The notes: a model not told the origin generated them from the sequence alone. Positions 9,927 through 19,231 are shown, counted from the stretch's first letter. The stretch is DNA of 64,000 bases from Flavobacteriales bacterium (GCA_018883325.1 VEQH01000008.1:12783-76782), one strand, 5' to 3'. Translations and numbers: made by a program.

Positions 9927-10100
9927 AATTAATACAGAATACATAACAAACGCTTAGCTCCAATTTTTTTTGCCGCGGGCGCAACTCAAAAAAACGGGTC
10001 CAGTGTCAGAAATATTGCAATTTAAAAAACCGCAAGGAATCCAAAGAAATCCATTGACAATTTAAAACAAGAAAAAAAACGACCTTAGCAAAAATAGATA

Positions 10101-11138
10101 ATGGAAAACTTTGATGAATATTTAAGACAAGGTGAGCCTAACAAAGCGGAGAAAGCAAAGGTTTGGAAAACGGCTATTGGCTTACAACAAGTGGATGGCT
10201 TAAAACCGTCTGAATATCTCATTGAAACCGCCAAACAAAATATTGAAGGCGACATTACCATTGATGAAGTTAAAAATCGCATTGAAACTTACTACCAACA
10301 ACACCCAAGCAAAACAGACGAAGACAGAACCGAAGAAGCCGACAAAGTTTCGGCACGAATAGCTGAAATGTTGAGTGAGCAAACCTTTACATTTTCACCA
10401 GCAGAATACTTGACAATTCATCGAAGGTTATTTACAGGTATTTACAATTTCGCAGGAAAAATTCGTGATTACAACATAACAAAAAAAGAATGGGTATTGA
10501 ACGGAGAAACTGTCCTTTATGCAAGTGCTGACAGTTTGATAGCAACTTTAGAATACGACTTTGAGCTGGAAAGAAAATTTAGTTACAAAGGACTTAGCGA
10601 ACATGAAATTATAGAACACATAGCTCACTTTATTTCAAACTTGTGGCAAATCCACATTTTTGGCGAAGGTAACACACGAACAACCGCTATCTTTTTAATC
10701 AAGTATTTGCGAAGATTAGGATTCAAAAACGTTAACAATGACATGTTTGCCGACTACTCGTGGTATTTCAGAAATGCTTTGGTAAGAGCCAACTACGAAG
10801 ACTTGTCAAATGGAATTTATAGGACAGAAAAGTTTTTAATCCGCTTTCTTTCAAACTTAGTGCTCAAAGGTGATTTTTCACTCAAAAATCGCGAAATACA
10901 CATTCTTGCTGACACTCTAAATGACACTGTAAAACCACAAAATGACACTGTAAATGACACTGTATTTTCATTAATTGAGCAAGACAACATAATAACAGCT
11001 AAGGAAATTAGCGAACGCTTAAAAATTAGTTTAAGTACCGTAAGAAGAAAAATTAAAGAACTGAAAGACAGCGGAAAAATAGAACGAATTGGTAGCGACA
11101 AAACAGGATATTGGAAAGTAATTAAATATAAGCATTGA
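10101..11138 (+). CDS. Fic-family protein with C-terminal winged-helix domain
   Basis: The Fic core motif is present in the variant form HIFGEGNTRTTA (canonical HxFx[D/E]GNGRxxR). The C-terminal ITAKEISERLKISLSTVRRKIKELKDSGKIERIG is HTH-like. Confidence 0.85.
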   Translation: MENFDEYLRQGEPNKAEKAKVWKTAIGLQQVDGLKPSEYLIETAKQNIEGDITIDEVKNRIETYYQQHPSKTDEDRTEEADKVSARIAEMLSEQTFTFSPAEYLTIHRRLFTGIYNFAGKIRDYNITKKEWVLNGETVLYASADSLIATLEYDFELERKFSYKGLSEHEIIEHIAHFISNLWQIHIFGEGNTRTTAIFLIKYLRRLGFKNVNNDMFADYSWYFRNALVRANYEDLSNGIYRTEKFLIRFLSNLVLKGDFSLKNREIHILADTLNDTVKPQNDTVNDTVFSLIEQDNIITAKEISERLKISLSTVRRKIKELKDSGKIERIGSDKTGYWKVIKYKH

Positions 11139-11204
11139 CAAGTGAACGGAAAATAGCTTGACATAAATAAAAAAAAACCGCCAACATAAAAATACTATTC
11201 GCCT

Positions 11205-11243
11205 CGGCTGACGAAGTGAAGTGTACAGTAACTTCGTCAGCCG
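11205..11243. terminator. bidirectional stem-loop between convergent genes
   Basis: CGGCTGACGAAGT-(13 nt)-ACTTCGTCAGCCG is a perfect 13-bp stem. A T-rich run follows at 11250-11270. It sits between the Fic gene (+) and the HMA gene (-). Confidence 0.6.
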
Positions 11244-11335
11244 TGACTAATTAGTTTGTTGTTTTTTTATTTAAATTACAGATAATCAATTCATTAACAA
11301 TATAATTCAGGTTAATAAACTTTGAAGATTTAATA

Positions 11336-11680
11336 TTACTGCTTCATTCCGCCTGGCTGACAACATAACGGTAATTTTTGAACAGCTTCCTTTGGTGCTT
11401 TTACCTCGTCTGCATCATATCCCAAAGCAGCAATTAACTGTTTGATTTCCGCTTCCGTAATTTTTGAGCTTACAAATTTCACCGTTAACTTTTTGCTTTC
11501 GAGGTCCAATTCTGCAAATTTGATTCCGATTGTGTAGTTTAATTTTCCTTCTAAACGTTTTTTACAATCACCACATTCTGCGGATGTTTGAATGCTAATC
11601 GTTTTGAATTTTTCTGCTTTTTGCGAAAAGCCAAAAGTTCCGATTAGCATAAAAAGGACTAAAAAAAGTGTGTTTTTCAT
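11336..11680 (-). CDS. heavy-metal-associated (HMA) domain secreted protein
   Basis: I use the internal ATG at 11680 (MKNTLFLVLFMLIGTFGFSQ, a signal peptide), because the longer track ORF overlaps the upstream receptor gene. It has the CxxC metal site SAECGDCKKR in a ferredoxin-like HMA layout, and a C-terminal LCCQPGGM. Confidence 0.75.
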   Translation of the reverse strand: MKNTLFLVLFMLIGTFGFSQKAEKFKTISIQTSAECGDCKKRLEGKLNYTIGIKFAELDLESKKLTVKFVSSKITEAEIKQLIAALGYDADEVKAPKEAVQKLPLCCQPGGMKQ

Positions 11681-11690
11681 GTTTTTAATT

Positions 11691-13973
11691 TTAATGGTTG
11701 TGATTTTCGTGATCATTTGAATGTTCTTTGTGTTTCGGTTTTTTGTCTTTCGGTTGAGCAATAGCAAAACGAAGTCCTGCATAAACATTTATTCCCATAA
11801 TTGGACCCCAACTATTGGTTGCATCAAACGTATTACTGAACGGGTTTTGCGCGTCAATAATTGGATTTTTCTGTTTAAAGTTTGTCAAGTTTTCACCTCC
11901 CAAATAGAAGTTCCATTTCTTGTAAACGTAAGTTATTTGCCCATTTACCATCGGATAAACTTGCCCTTTAGTATTGAATAAAATCAACGTTGTATCCGCA
12001 CTATTTGTTTGAACAGGTAAACGAGAAGCTCCAAAAACAGAGCAAGTCAAATCAAATTCCCAGCGTTTATTTCTCGTTTTGTAAGCTAAATTCATAAAAC
12101 CACGATTTCTAGGAATCATCACTTGTTGACGCATTTCTCCACCATATTCTGCTTTCACATCTAAGAATTTGTATGCCAAACGAACGTCGAAATTTTTAAA
12201 CGGTGTCAAACTTATTTCTGTTTGAAAACTATTTGAATATGAGGCATTTTCTAAATTACTGAAAACAATTGCATTAACGCTTTCATCTCGGTCAACAACT
12301 AATTGATTGGTAAATCGTGTGTAATAATAATCGATACTAATGGATGCTTTTTGTCCACTAAATTTAAATTCATGAACAATAGAAGTTCCTGCATTCCAAG
12401 AGATTTCTGGTTTTGTTTCAGTCGGTGCAATCCATTGTTTGGCATTGGCAAGCAAAGAAATGTTGTCAATGATATAATTCGGCACACGCCAACCTTTTCC
12501 TGCTGTGAAACGAATATCTGTAAACTCAGAAGCGCTGTATTTGGTGTGAATTCTTGGTGATAATTGGCTTCCATACAAAGAGTGATAATCGTATCGAGCA
12601 CCAAAAACACCTGTAAATCGCGAACCAGTAAATGTATATTCACCAAAAATACCTGGAACAATTTCTGTTCGATTTTGACTCAAAGAATCTGCTTTTTGAG
12701 TAATTGCAAGTGCCACAAGACTTCCTCCAACTTTTATTTTATGGTCGCTTGTTCCAATAATATCATCATAAATTGCATTGATATAAGCCCGTTTTTCAGT
12801 TCCATCAAATTGGCGCGATCCAAACTGACCATCCATCGTTTGATACTTCAAATTGTAAAGAATTCCGAAGGAGCGCATTGGTTTTTTACCAAAAAATCCT
12901 GTTTTAGCAAATACGTCGATGTGTCTCGAATTCAGTAAAACACCATAATTCGCTGTTGGGTTAACAATTGCAGGTTTACCTCTGTAAAAACCTGTTTGTC
13001 CTCCCACTTTTCGATCTTGATAAGCATTGAATCCAAATTGTATTTCTTTGTTTTTACCATCAAAATCCCATCGGTTCATGAATGCAATATTATCACCCAT
13101 CGGTAAATCTCGAAAACCGTCGTTGTTGTGGTCTATATTACCATAAACAGTTGATGCGTGCGCCAACCAACCTGTGCTCCATTTTTCGTTTAATTTATAA
13201 CCTCCATTAAGGTTTAACTCAGAGCGACCAAAAATATTTTGATAGATATTGGCATAAAAACGTTCCATCTCTTTTGGTTTTTTCAATTCCAAATTAACCA
13301 AACCCGCCATTGATTCGTAGCCATTTACAACGTTTCCTGTGCCTTTTGTTATTTGAATGGATTCTATCCAAGTTCCTGAAATTGATTGAAGTCCAAACGA
13401 ACTTTCTAATCCACGTAAATACGGAATATTTTCTAATTGAATTTGGGTATAAACACCATCTAAACCCATCATTTGGATTTTCTTCGCACCAGAAACTGCA
13501 TCCGTAATATTGACATCAACCGAGGCATTTGTTTCAAAGGATTCCGAAAGATTGCAACAAGCAGCTTTTCGCAATTCCGCAGACGTTAATTCTTCGACGT
13601 GTAAGGTTTTCAGTTTAGAAATACCGTGCGAATTTCGTTTGAAACTCACGATCACTTCCTCTAATAATTTCTCTGAATAGAGTGTTACGTTAAGCGAAAT
13701 GAAGCGATCTTTTTTATCGAGAATGATTGTGTCCGCGTAGTAACCAATCGCTGAAATCACCAATGTATCAGGCAATAATTTTGGTAAAACGAGTTCAAAA
13801 GTTCCCTCTTCTGTTGTAACCACACCTGTTTTGGCATGAAGTAATTTGACTTTTGCTCCATAAATTGGTTTTTTTGAAATAGAATCGGCGCCTTGCACCA
13901 ACCCCTTTATTTGTGCGTTTGAAGCAGAGTAAAAACCTAAACTCAGTAAAACGCTTAAAAAGACATGTTTCAT
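11691..13973 (-). CDS. TonB-dependent receptor (CarbopepD_reg N-domain) with His-rich C-terminal tail
   Basis: 760 aa: signal, then IKGLVQG...GAKVKLL...GTFEL, then plug (AACCNLSESFETNASVDV), then barrel. The barrel-terminal ...GLRF is followed by the extra tail AIAQPKDKKPKHKEHSNDHENHNH. Confidence 0.85.
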   Translation of the reverse strand: MKHVFLSVLLSLGFYSASNAQIKGLVQGADSISKKPIYGAKVKLLHAKTGVVTTEEGTFELVLPKLLPDTLVISAIGYYADTIILDKKDRFISLNVTLYSEKLLEEVIVSFKRNSHGISKLKTLHVEELTSAELRKAACCNLSESFETNASVDVNITDAVSGAKKIQMMGLDGVYTQIQLENIPYLRGLESSFGLQSISGTWIESIQITKGTGNVVNGYESMAGLVNLELKKPKEMERFYANIYQNIFGRSELNLNGGYKLNEKWSTGWLAHASTVYGNIDHNNDGFRDLPMGDNIAFMNRWDFDGKNKEIQFGFNAYQDRKVGGQTGFYRGKPAIVNPTANYGVLLNSRHIDVFAKTGFFGKKPMRSFGILYNLKYQTMDGQFGSRQFDGTEKRAYINAIYDDIIGTSDHKIKVGGSLVALAITQKADSLSQNRTEIVPGIFGEYTFTGSRFTGVFGARYDYHSLYGSQLSPRIHTKYSASEFTDIRFTAGKGWRVPNYIIDNISLLANAKQWIAPTETKPEISWNAGTSIVHEFKFSGQKASISIDYYYTRFTNQLVVDRDESVNAIVFSNLENASYSNSFQTEISLTPFKNFDVRLAYKFLDVKAEYGGEMRQQVMIPRNRGFMNLAYKTRNKRWEFDLTCSVFGASRLPVQTNSADTTLILFNTKGQVYPMVNGQITYVYKKWNFYLGGENLTNFKQKNPIIDAQNPFSNTFDATNSWGPIMGINVYAGLRFAIAQPKDKKPKHKEHSNDHENHNH

Positions 13974-14017
13974 ATTAAAATTTAAAAGATTAAGACATTA
14001 GTTTCCTGTCTAATCTT

Positions 14018-14437
14018 CTAAATTCTAAATACTTGTTGCTCGATAAGTAATGTTTTTCCCCAAGACTTGGGAGGAGGATCTTTTCCTTTATTAGTAGTGA
14101 AAACTGTTTCTAACAGTGAAAAATCATTCGCATAAACTGCTTTAATTTCAGCAACTTGATAATAAAAGTTATCTAGTTGAAATTGATTCCAAGTTAAAGA
14201 ATAATCAAGTTTTAATTGAATTATATCCGTTTCGTCGTGGCAACAATCGTCTTTTTCATCCTCTTCTGATTCGCAGCAAGGAGGCAAACTTGATTGTTCA
14301 TTTTCACAATGATTTTCTGTGTTTATGAAATAAGAACGAAAGATTCCATCTTCTTCACAAGCATGCGTAAAAACAGGAATTCCAATGTTACCTGTGAATA
14401 GAATTAATGTAAAGAAGAAAACGAAAGAAGCCTTCAT
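14018..14437 (-). CDS. small Cys-rich membrane-anchored protein (HYC_CC_PP-like)
   Basis: I prefer the ATG at 14437 (MKASFVFFFTLILF). Motifs are THAC, PPCCESEEDEKDDCCHDE and DPPP. They resemble the HYC_CC_PP family named in NCBI annotations (from memory). It is the first gene of the receptor/HMA cluster. Confidence 0.5.
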   Translation of the reverse strand: MKASFVFFFTLILFTGNIGIPVFTHACEEDGIFRSYFINTENHCENEQSSLPPCCESEEDEKDDCCHDETDIIQLKLDYSLTWNQFQLDNFYYQVAEIKAVYANDFSLLETVFTTNKGKDPPPKSWGKTLLIEQQVFRI

Positions 14438-14444
14438 GTATTTG

Positions 14445-14452
14445 CAAAGGTA
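14445..14452 (-). promoter_or_regulatory. Bacteroidota -7 promoter box TAnnTTTG
   Basis: The minus strand reads TACCTTTG-caaatac-ATG(14437). The box lies between the IS target duplication and the start codon. Confidence 0.4.
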
Positions 14453-14479
14453 TGAAAGAAATTTTACAAACAAAAAAAG

Positions 14480-15646
14480 GGGTTAATTTTATTTTGAGGT
14501 GCTGGGATTAAATTACCATGATCAATCTAAAGTGAAAAAAGTCTAAATCTCTGGAACCTTTATTTTTTCTAATAGCGTCCTTTATCTTTGCATTTACACT
14601 TTCTGCAATAGCATTTGTTTTGTTTCCATGTCGATGGAAATTCATTATTCTTTGTTCGTGATTGATTATAAGATGTCTAAAGTTCTTCATTTCATGAGTT
14701 TCATTGTTTTCAACCTAGTCAATCCAATTCCCTAGTGTTCTTTCATTTTCAAATGGTTCATATTCAATTGATTTAGATTTGTACCAGTTTCTAAAACAAT
14801 TTATTTCATCAACTGCTTTTTTTAGTTCTGGAAAATGCTCGAACAATAATGAAGCTCCTTTAACTTGATGTTCATTCCATTTATGGGGCTCTATAACCAT
14901 TAGATAGCGACTTCTCGAAAGTAGTTCTGGTGTAGTTTCACCATTTGGTAGTTTTTTCGGGTAGTACGTTTTAGATATTTGCATTTTTGGTCCAACAAGC
15001 CTCGTGTCCTTGCTTTCTTTATATTTTATTTCATGCACGATTTGCTCTTCTCTTTGGTTCTTTAGTTCCTGTTGTTTTAATCGTATTCGAATGGCTTGAA
15101 GGTATTCTATCCCGTTTTTAATTACATGAAATTTATCCGCTATTTGAATGGCTTTTGGAAAGTTTTCATTCACAACTTTCTCAAAAGTAGGAGATAAATC
15201 AAGGGTAACAAATTCAACTTTATCAAGGGGTTTTAAATCAAATTTTGCTAAACAAATCTTTAGTTCTGAGGCTTTAATTGTTGAGCATAATAAAACTACT
15301 TTTCCACTTGTAGCATTGGTTAGAACAGTATAAAACTCACCGTTAATATGCTTTTCATCAATGGCCATGTGACTATCAAAATGTTCAGGTCTAAATAGGG
15401 TCTGCTGAAAAACACAAAACCTTTATTTTATCTTGTGTTTAGGTGATTCATATTCTTTTAGATGCAAAGTTTTTGAGTTGTTTTAAAACATTTCCTTGCA
15501 TCAAAATTGATATTATTTTGTTAGTCAGAAATAAACTGTACAAATATGATTGAATTGACGCTTGATCTTCGCTCTTTTTTTCCATAAATCCAAATTAGAA
15601 AAAAAATCGAATTAAAACCTCTAGCACCTCAAAATAAGTTTTACCC
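14480..15646 (-). mobile_element. decayed ISL3-family insertion sequence (1167 bp)
   Basis: The terminal inverted repeats are GGGTTAATTTTATTTTGAGGTGCTGG (14480..14505) and the reverse complement of 15621..15646, GGGTAAAACTTATTTTGAGGTGCTAG; 22/26 positions are identical. They are flanked by an identical 8-bp direct repeat AAAAAAAG (14472..14479 and 15647..15654). The transposase inside is broken. Confidence 0.8.
14508..15368 (-). pseudogene. ISL3-like transposase, N-terminally truncated with one in-frame TAG
   Basis: The two track ORFs (14715..15368 and 14508..14690) are in the same frame, separated by a TAG at 14715..14717. The upstream frame closes 18 codons before the ATG. MAIDEKH...FHVIKN... 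and NAIAESVNAKIKDAIRKNKGSRDLDFFHFRL resemble ISL3 DDE transposases. The remaining 250 bp up to the right IR has no ORF. Confidence 0.7.
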
Positions 15647-15696
15647 AAAAAAAGGGATTCCGAAACGAAACCCCTTTAATTTGAGATAGTTGTATT

Positions 15697-16713
15697 TTAT
15701 TTCTTAACGAATTTTTTTACTTGAACACCTTTCGCGTTTTGTAATTTCACGAAGTAAATTCCTGCGCTGAATGAAGAAATATCAAGTGTTTTTGCATTTG
15801 CGTTGTTAACTAAAACTTCTCCATTTACATTTGAAACTGAATAGTTAAAATCACCTTCAGAATTAATATTCAAAACTTGATCTGCTGGATTTGGATATAA
15901 ATCGAAAGTTCCGATGTTGTTCTCGTTCAATCCAATATATGCATTTGGCATATCTTTAGACAAAACTAAAGTGCTTTGATTATTAAGTAAAGCAGAAGTT
16001 AATTTAATTGAAACAACCACAAAAATTGGAAGATTTGAAGTTGGGTAATGGTAATATTCGTACCACTCACGCACCAAATTAATTGGTTGTTCACCAAAAA
16101 TTGAATTGTAAATAACCGTATTTAAAGTGTCTGTGATGTAATATCTGATTACGTTTGTGTAGTCATTTTGTTGTAACTTCAAAGTACCAACTCCATCAAC
16201 TGTAGAATAAGAACCACCGTCAGCAACAGTATCAATTGGAACAAGTGGATTTGCACTAATAATTCCACCATCAACAGCATCGTATAATTCGTCGTTTACT
16301 ACGAATGGATAATTATTTAATTTTTGATTGTCTACACTCCAATTTACAAATACTTCACCTAAACTTGGTTCTGAGAAAATATTTCCTTGCGAAACGCGCT
16401 CAGTTGCTGATGTATTGTAATAAGTCGTTAACAAATTATCAATACTGTATTTTTTTGTTGCTCCAACAAAAATAGAATCAACAGTTAATGGGTCAACTGC
16501 AGCAACGGTTAAAGTCTTTGTCAATTCTTGAACCCCCAATAAATTACTGTAATCCCAAGTAACGCCAGTTCCCGTAACATTTTCATAACGAACGGTGTTT
16601 GAGTCACATAAATAAAGTGTGGCAGTTGTTCCAATTGCCGGATCGTTTGCTTCTGTCATTTGAGCAAAAGAAAACAATGGTAAAAAACTTAATGCAAGTA
16701 AAGATTTTTTCAT
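15697..16713 (-). CDS. T9SS-sorted secreted protein, function unknown
   Basis: It has a signal peptide and the C-terminal LYPNPADQVLNI...GIYFVKLQNAKGVQVKKFVKK T9SS CTD. Confidence 0.65.
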   Translation of the reverse strand: MKKSLLALSFLPLFSFAQMTEANDPAIGTTATLYLCDSNTVRYENVTGTGVTWDYSNLLGVQELTKTLTVAAVDPLTVDSIFVGATKKYSIDNLLTTYYNTSATERVSQGNIFSEPSLGEVFVNWSVDNQKLNNYPFVVNDELYDAVDGGIISANPLVPIDTVADGGSYSTVDGVGTLKLQQNDYTNVIRYYITDTLNTVIYNSIFGEQPINLVREWYEYYHYPTSNLPIFVVVSIKLTSALLNNQSTLVLSKDMPNAYIGLNENNIGTFDLYPNPADQVLNINSEGDFNYSVSNVNGEVLVNNANAKTLDISSFSAGIYFVKLQNAKGVQVKKFVKK

Positions 16714-16869
16714 AGAATGATGTTTTAATTGATGAATTAAACTGAATTTAAGTTATTCAGCAGGCTAAAATTACTAAAATAATATTTTCAACAGTGTTAA
16801 AAGCGCTGTTCGATTATTAAAAGTTGGATTCAGACCGCTCAAAAACGTCAATTTTAAAAACCCAAATTC

Positions 16870-18585
16870 TTAAGCAATAGGTATTCGAATAAAAGCTGTC
16901 GTTCCTTTTTGCTCGCTTGAGTCAATTTCTAGATTTCCATTTAAAAAGGCAATACGCGAATTCAAACTTTCTAAACCAATACCTTTTTTGGCACTTGAAA
17001 GATCAAATCCTTTTCCATTATCTTCAAAAATAAAAGTCAATTGTGAATCTGTTTTGCGCAACATTACACTCACGCGACTTGCTCCAGCGTGTTTCAAAAC
17101 GTTGTTCAATAATTCTTGACAGATGCGGTAAACACACACTTCGATTTTGTCTGAAAGTCGCTCTTCGTAGTTAAAATGTTCAAACTCGAAAGCTATTCCG
17201 TTTTTGGACAAACTGCGGTGAAGCAATTCTTCAAGTGCCGAAATTAATCCCAATTCTCGTAAAGTAACCGGCATCATTTGGTAGGATAATTCACGTACTT
17301 CCTTGGTGATTTTATCCAGTTTAATCGTTGCTAATGGCGCTAGATTTTGGTTTACCATTTCCATTTTCAAAAGGGTCAAATCTTGAACAATTCCGTCGTG
17401 CAATTCTTTCGCAATTCGCGCACGTTCTTGTTCCTGACCTTCAATAATTGAAGCTAATCTTTCTTCCTGAAAACGCAATTTAATAGCTGCGTTTTTTTTT
17501 GTATTTCGCAAATATAAAACAAGAAATGCGATTAAAACTAAAGAAACCAGTAAAATGAGTAAAATCAAATAATTCTCTTTTTGTCGTTTTTCAGCCAAAG
17601 ATTTAGCGTCAGATAACTTTTTTTGTTCTTCAATTTCTTTCGTTTTGAATTTCGTTTCCAACTCGTTTATCTGCACTTGATTTTCCGCTTTATAGCTTTC
17701 TTGAAAAAGCGAAAATGTTCGAACGTGTGCTTCATATGCTTCTTTATATCGACCTGCATTCGCCAACATACTTGAATGAAAAATCAAAGTAGTCATCAAG
17801 CTGTTTTTATCACCATAAGGTTCGATCAAACGAAGGGCTTCTTCGGTTTTTTTAAGTGCTTCATTTATCTTTTTGTTTTCATATAAGAACTGTGCATGAA
17901 AAACTAAATTGGAACAAATCAAATTTGTGTCTTGCAACTCGTAAGCTGCTTTTTGTACTTTTTCGTAAATTGGTGCTGCCTCTTTTCTTCTGTTTGTTCG
18001 CGTGTATAAAGTTGCCAATAAACGGTTACTTAACAGCTTGTTTCGCAAACTCCATTTTCCATTTTTTTCAGACAATTCAATGGAAAGCAACAAGTATTTT
18101 TCGGCTTCTTTAAATTGCTTTAAATCTATTAATGTACCACCAATATTGTTGTAATTCGTTGCCTCGATATAGGGTTGATTTGCCTTTTTAGCAATTTGAG
18201 CGCTTTTTTTCCACGACAAAATTCCCGCCTCTGGCTTTTTAGAATACACTTGAGAAATTCCAAGAAACTTATAGAAATAAGCTTGAAGTGAGTCTTTTTG
18301 AAGTTGGCGAGACAATTCAATTCCTTGAATGGAAAACTTAGAAAGTAGTTTATAATCGTTTATTTCAAGACTTCGTTGCGTTAATTTTTGAAGTAAAACT
18401 AATTTTACTTTTGGTGTCAATTTCGCTGTTTTTCGAATGGAATCTAAATGATTGTAAGCTTTTTGTCCATCAAATAATTCATCGGTTTTTTCAATTGCTT
18501 TCAACAGTTGAGCTTGCGAAAAAACTTCAGCATTTAGTCCAAAGAAAAAGATGAGAATGATGAGTATAATTTGATACTTTTTCAC
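16870..18585 (-). CDS. TPR-containing sensor histidine kinase (HisKA_3 / NarL-type)
   Basis: An N-terminal TPR-like region is followed by one TM segment (LILLILLVSLVLIAFLVLYL). It has the H-box ELHDGIVQDL, the N-box LLNNVLKHAGAS, and G-boxes DNGKGF and GIGLESL. Confidence 0.85.
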   Translation of the reverse strand: MKKYQIILIILIFFFGLNAEVFSQAQLLKAIEKTDELFDGQKAYNHLDSIRKTAKLTPKVKLVLLQKLTQRSLEINDYKLLSKFSIQGIELSRQLQKDSLQAYFYKFLGISQVYSKKPEAGILSWKKSAQIAKKANQPYIEATNYNNIGGTLIDLKQFKEAEKYLLLSIELSEKNGKWSLRNKLLSNRLLATLYTRTNRRKEAAPIYEKVQKAAYELQDTNLICSNLVFHAQFLYENKKINEALKKTEEALRLIEPYGDKNSLMTTLIFHSSMLANAGRYKEAYEAHVRTFSLFQESYKAENQVQINELETKFKTKEIEEQKKLSDAKSLAEKRQKENYLILLILLVSLVLIAFLVLYLRNTKKNAAIKLRFQEERLASIIEGQEQERARIAKELHDGIVQDLTLLKMEMVNQNLAPLATIKLDKITKEVRELSYQMMPVTLRELGLISALEELLHRSLSKNGIAFEFEHFNYEERLSDKIEVCVYRICQELLNNVLKHAGASRVSVMLRKTDSQLTFIFEDNGKGFDLSSAKKGIGLESLNSRIAFLNGNLEIDSSEQKGTTAFIRIPIA

Positions 18586-18586
18586 C

Positions 18587-19231
18587 TTATACTAATTTAT
18601 TTTTCAAAGCAACAGAAATCAATTTTGAAACGGAACTCACTTCCATTTTTTGCATAATATTGTCTTTGTGTTTTTCAACTGTACGCGGACTCAAAAACAA
18701 TTTTTCAGCTATTTCTTTTGGGCTTAATCCATCACAAAGTAAACGAAGCACATCCAATTCTCGTTCTGTAAATTCTAAATTTGAAAACTTATTTTGTTCA
18801 GAATTGACAGTGATTTCACTCAGTGCTTTTAAAACTTCTCGTGAATAAAAGACAGTCCCAGTCAGCGCACATTCAATGGCCATTTTGAACTCTTCCAAGC
18901 TACAATCTTTATTTAAAAACCCAATTGCACCATGAGAAATACAAGATTGAATAATCGCTTTCTCATTTAACATGGAAAGCATTAAAACAGGCAATTTTGG
19001 AAATTTTCTCTTTAATTCAATTAAGGTTGTTTTCCCATCCCATACGGGCATTTCATAGTCCAGAAAAACCAAATTTGGAACATCATTTTCAACCGCTTGA
19101 AATAATAACTCTCCATTTTTGAAGGTACTCACAATCGCATTTGGAAAGCAATTCCTAATAATGGAAGCAATCCCTGTAACCACCAATTCGTGGTCATCGG
19201 CTATAAAAATTGTAGTAGTTTCAGGATTCAA
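18587..19231 (-). CDS. LuxR/NarL-family response regulator
   Basis: A receiver domain (IFIADDH...FLDYEMP) is followed by the LuxR HTH LSPKEIAEKLFLSPRTVEKHKDNIMQKM. It starts 1 nt after the kinase stop. Confidence 0.9.
   Translation of the reverse strand: MNPETTTIFIADDHELVVTGIASIIRNCFPNAIVSTFKNGELLFQAVENDVPNLVFLDYEMPVWDGKTTLIELKRKFPKLPVLMLSMLNEKAIIQSCISHGAIGFLNKDCSLEEFKMAIECALTGTVFYSREVLKALSEITVNSEQNKFSNLEFTERELDVLRLLCDGLSPKEIAEKLFLSPRTVEKHKDNIMQKMEVSSVSKLISVALKNKLV

Noticed and set aside
8344-10100. tRNA or other structured RNA genes in the spacers around TA module 1, checked because of GC-rich patches such as GGACCCGGAATC and GCCGCGGGCGC.
   Set aside because: I could not build a cloverleaf by eye: there is no acceptor-stem pairing and no GTTCRANYC T-loop. 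No other intergenic spacer in the window showed tRNA, rRNA, RNase P or tmRNA-like signatures. A tRNAscan/Infernal run would settle it.
11336-11788. The extended 150-aa version of the HMA ORF, which overlaps the receptor gene by ~100 nt.
   Set aside because: The N-terminal extension (MFMQDFVLLLLNRKTKNRNTKN...) is the off-frame reading of the receptor's His/Lys-rich tail. The internal ATG at 11680 gives a clean signal peptide 10 nt after the receptor stop.
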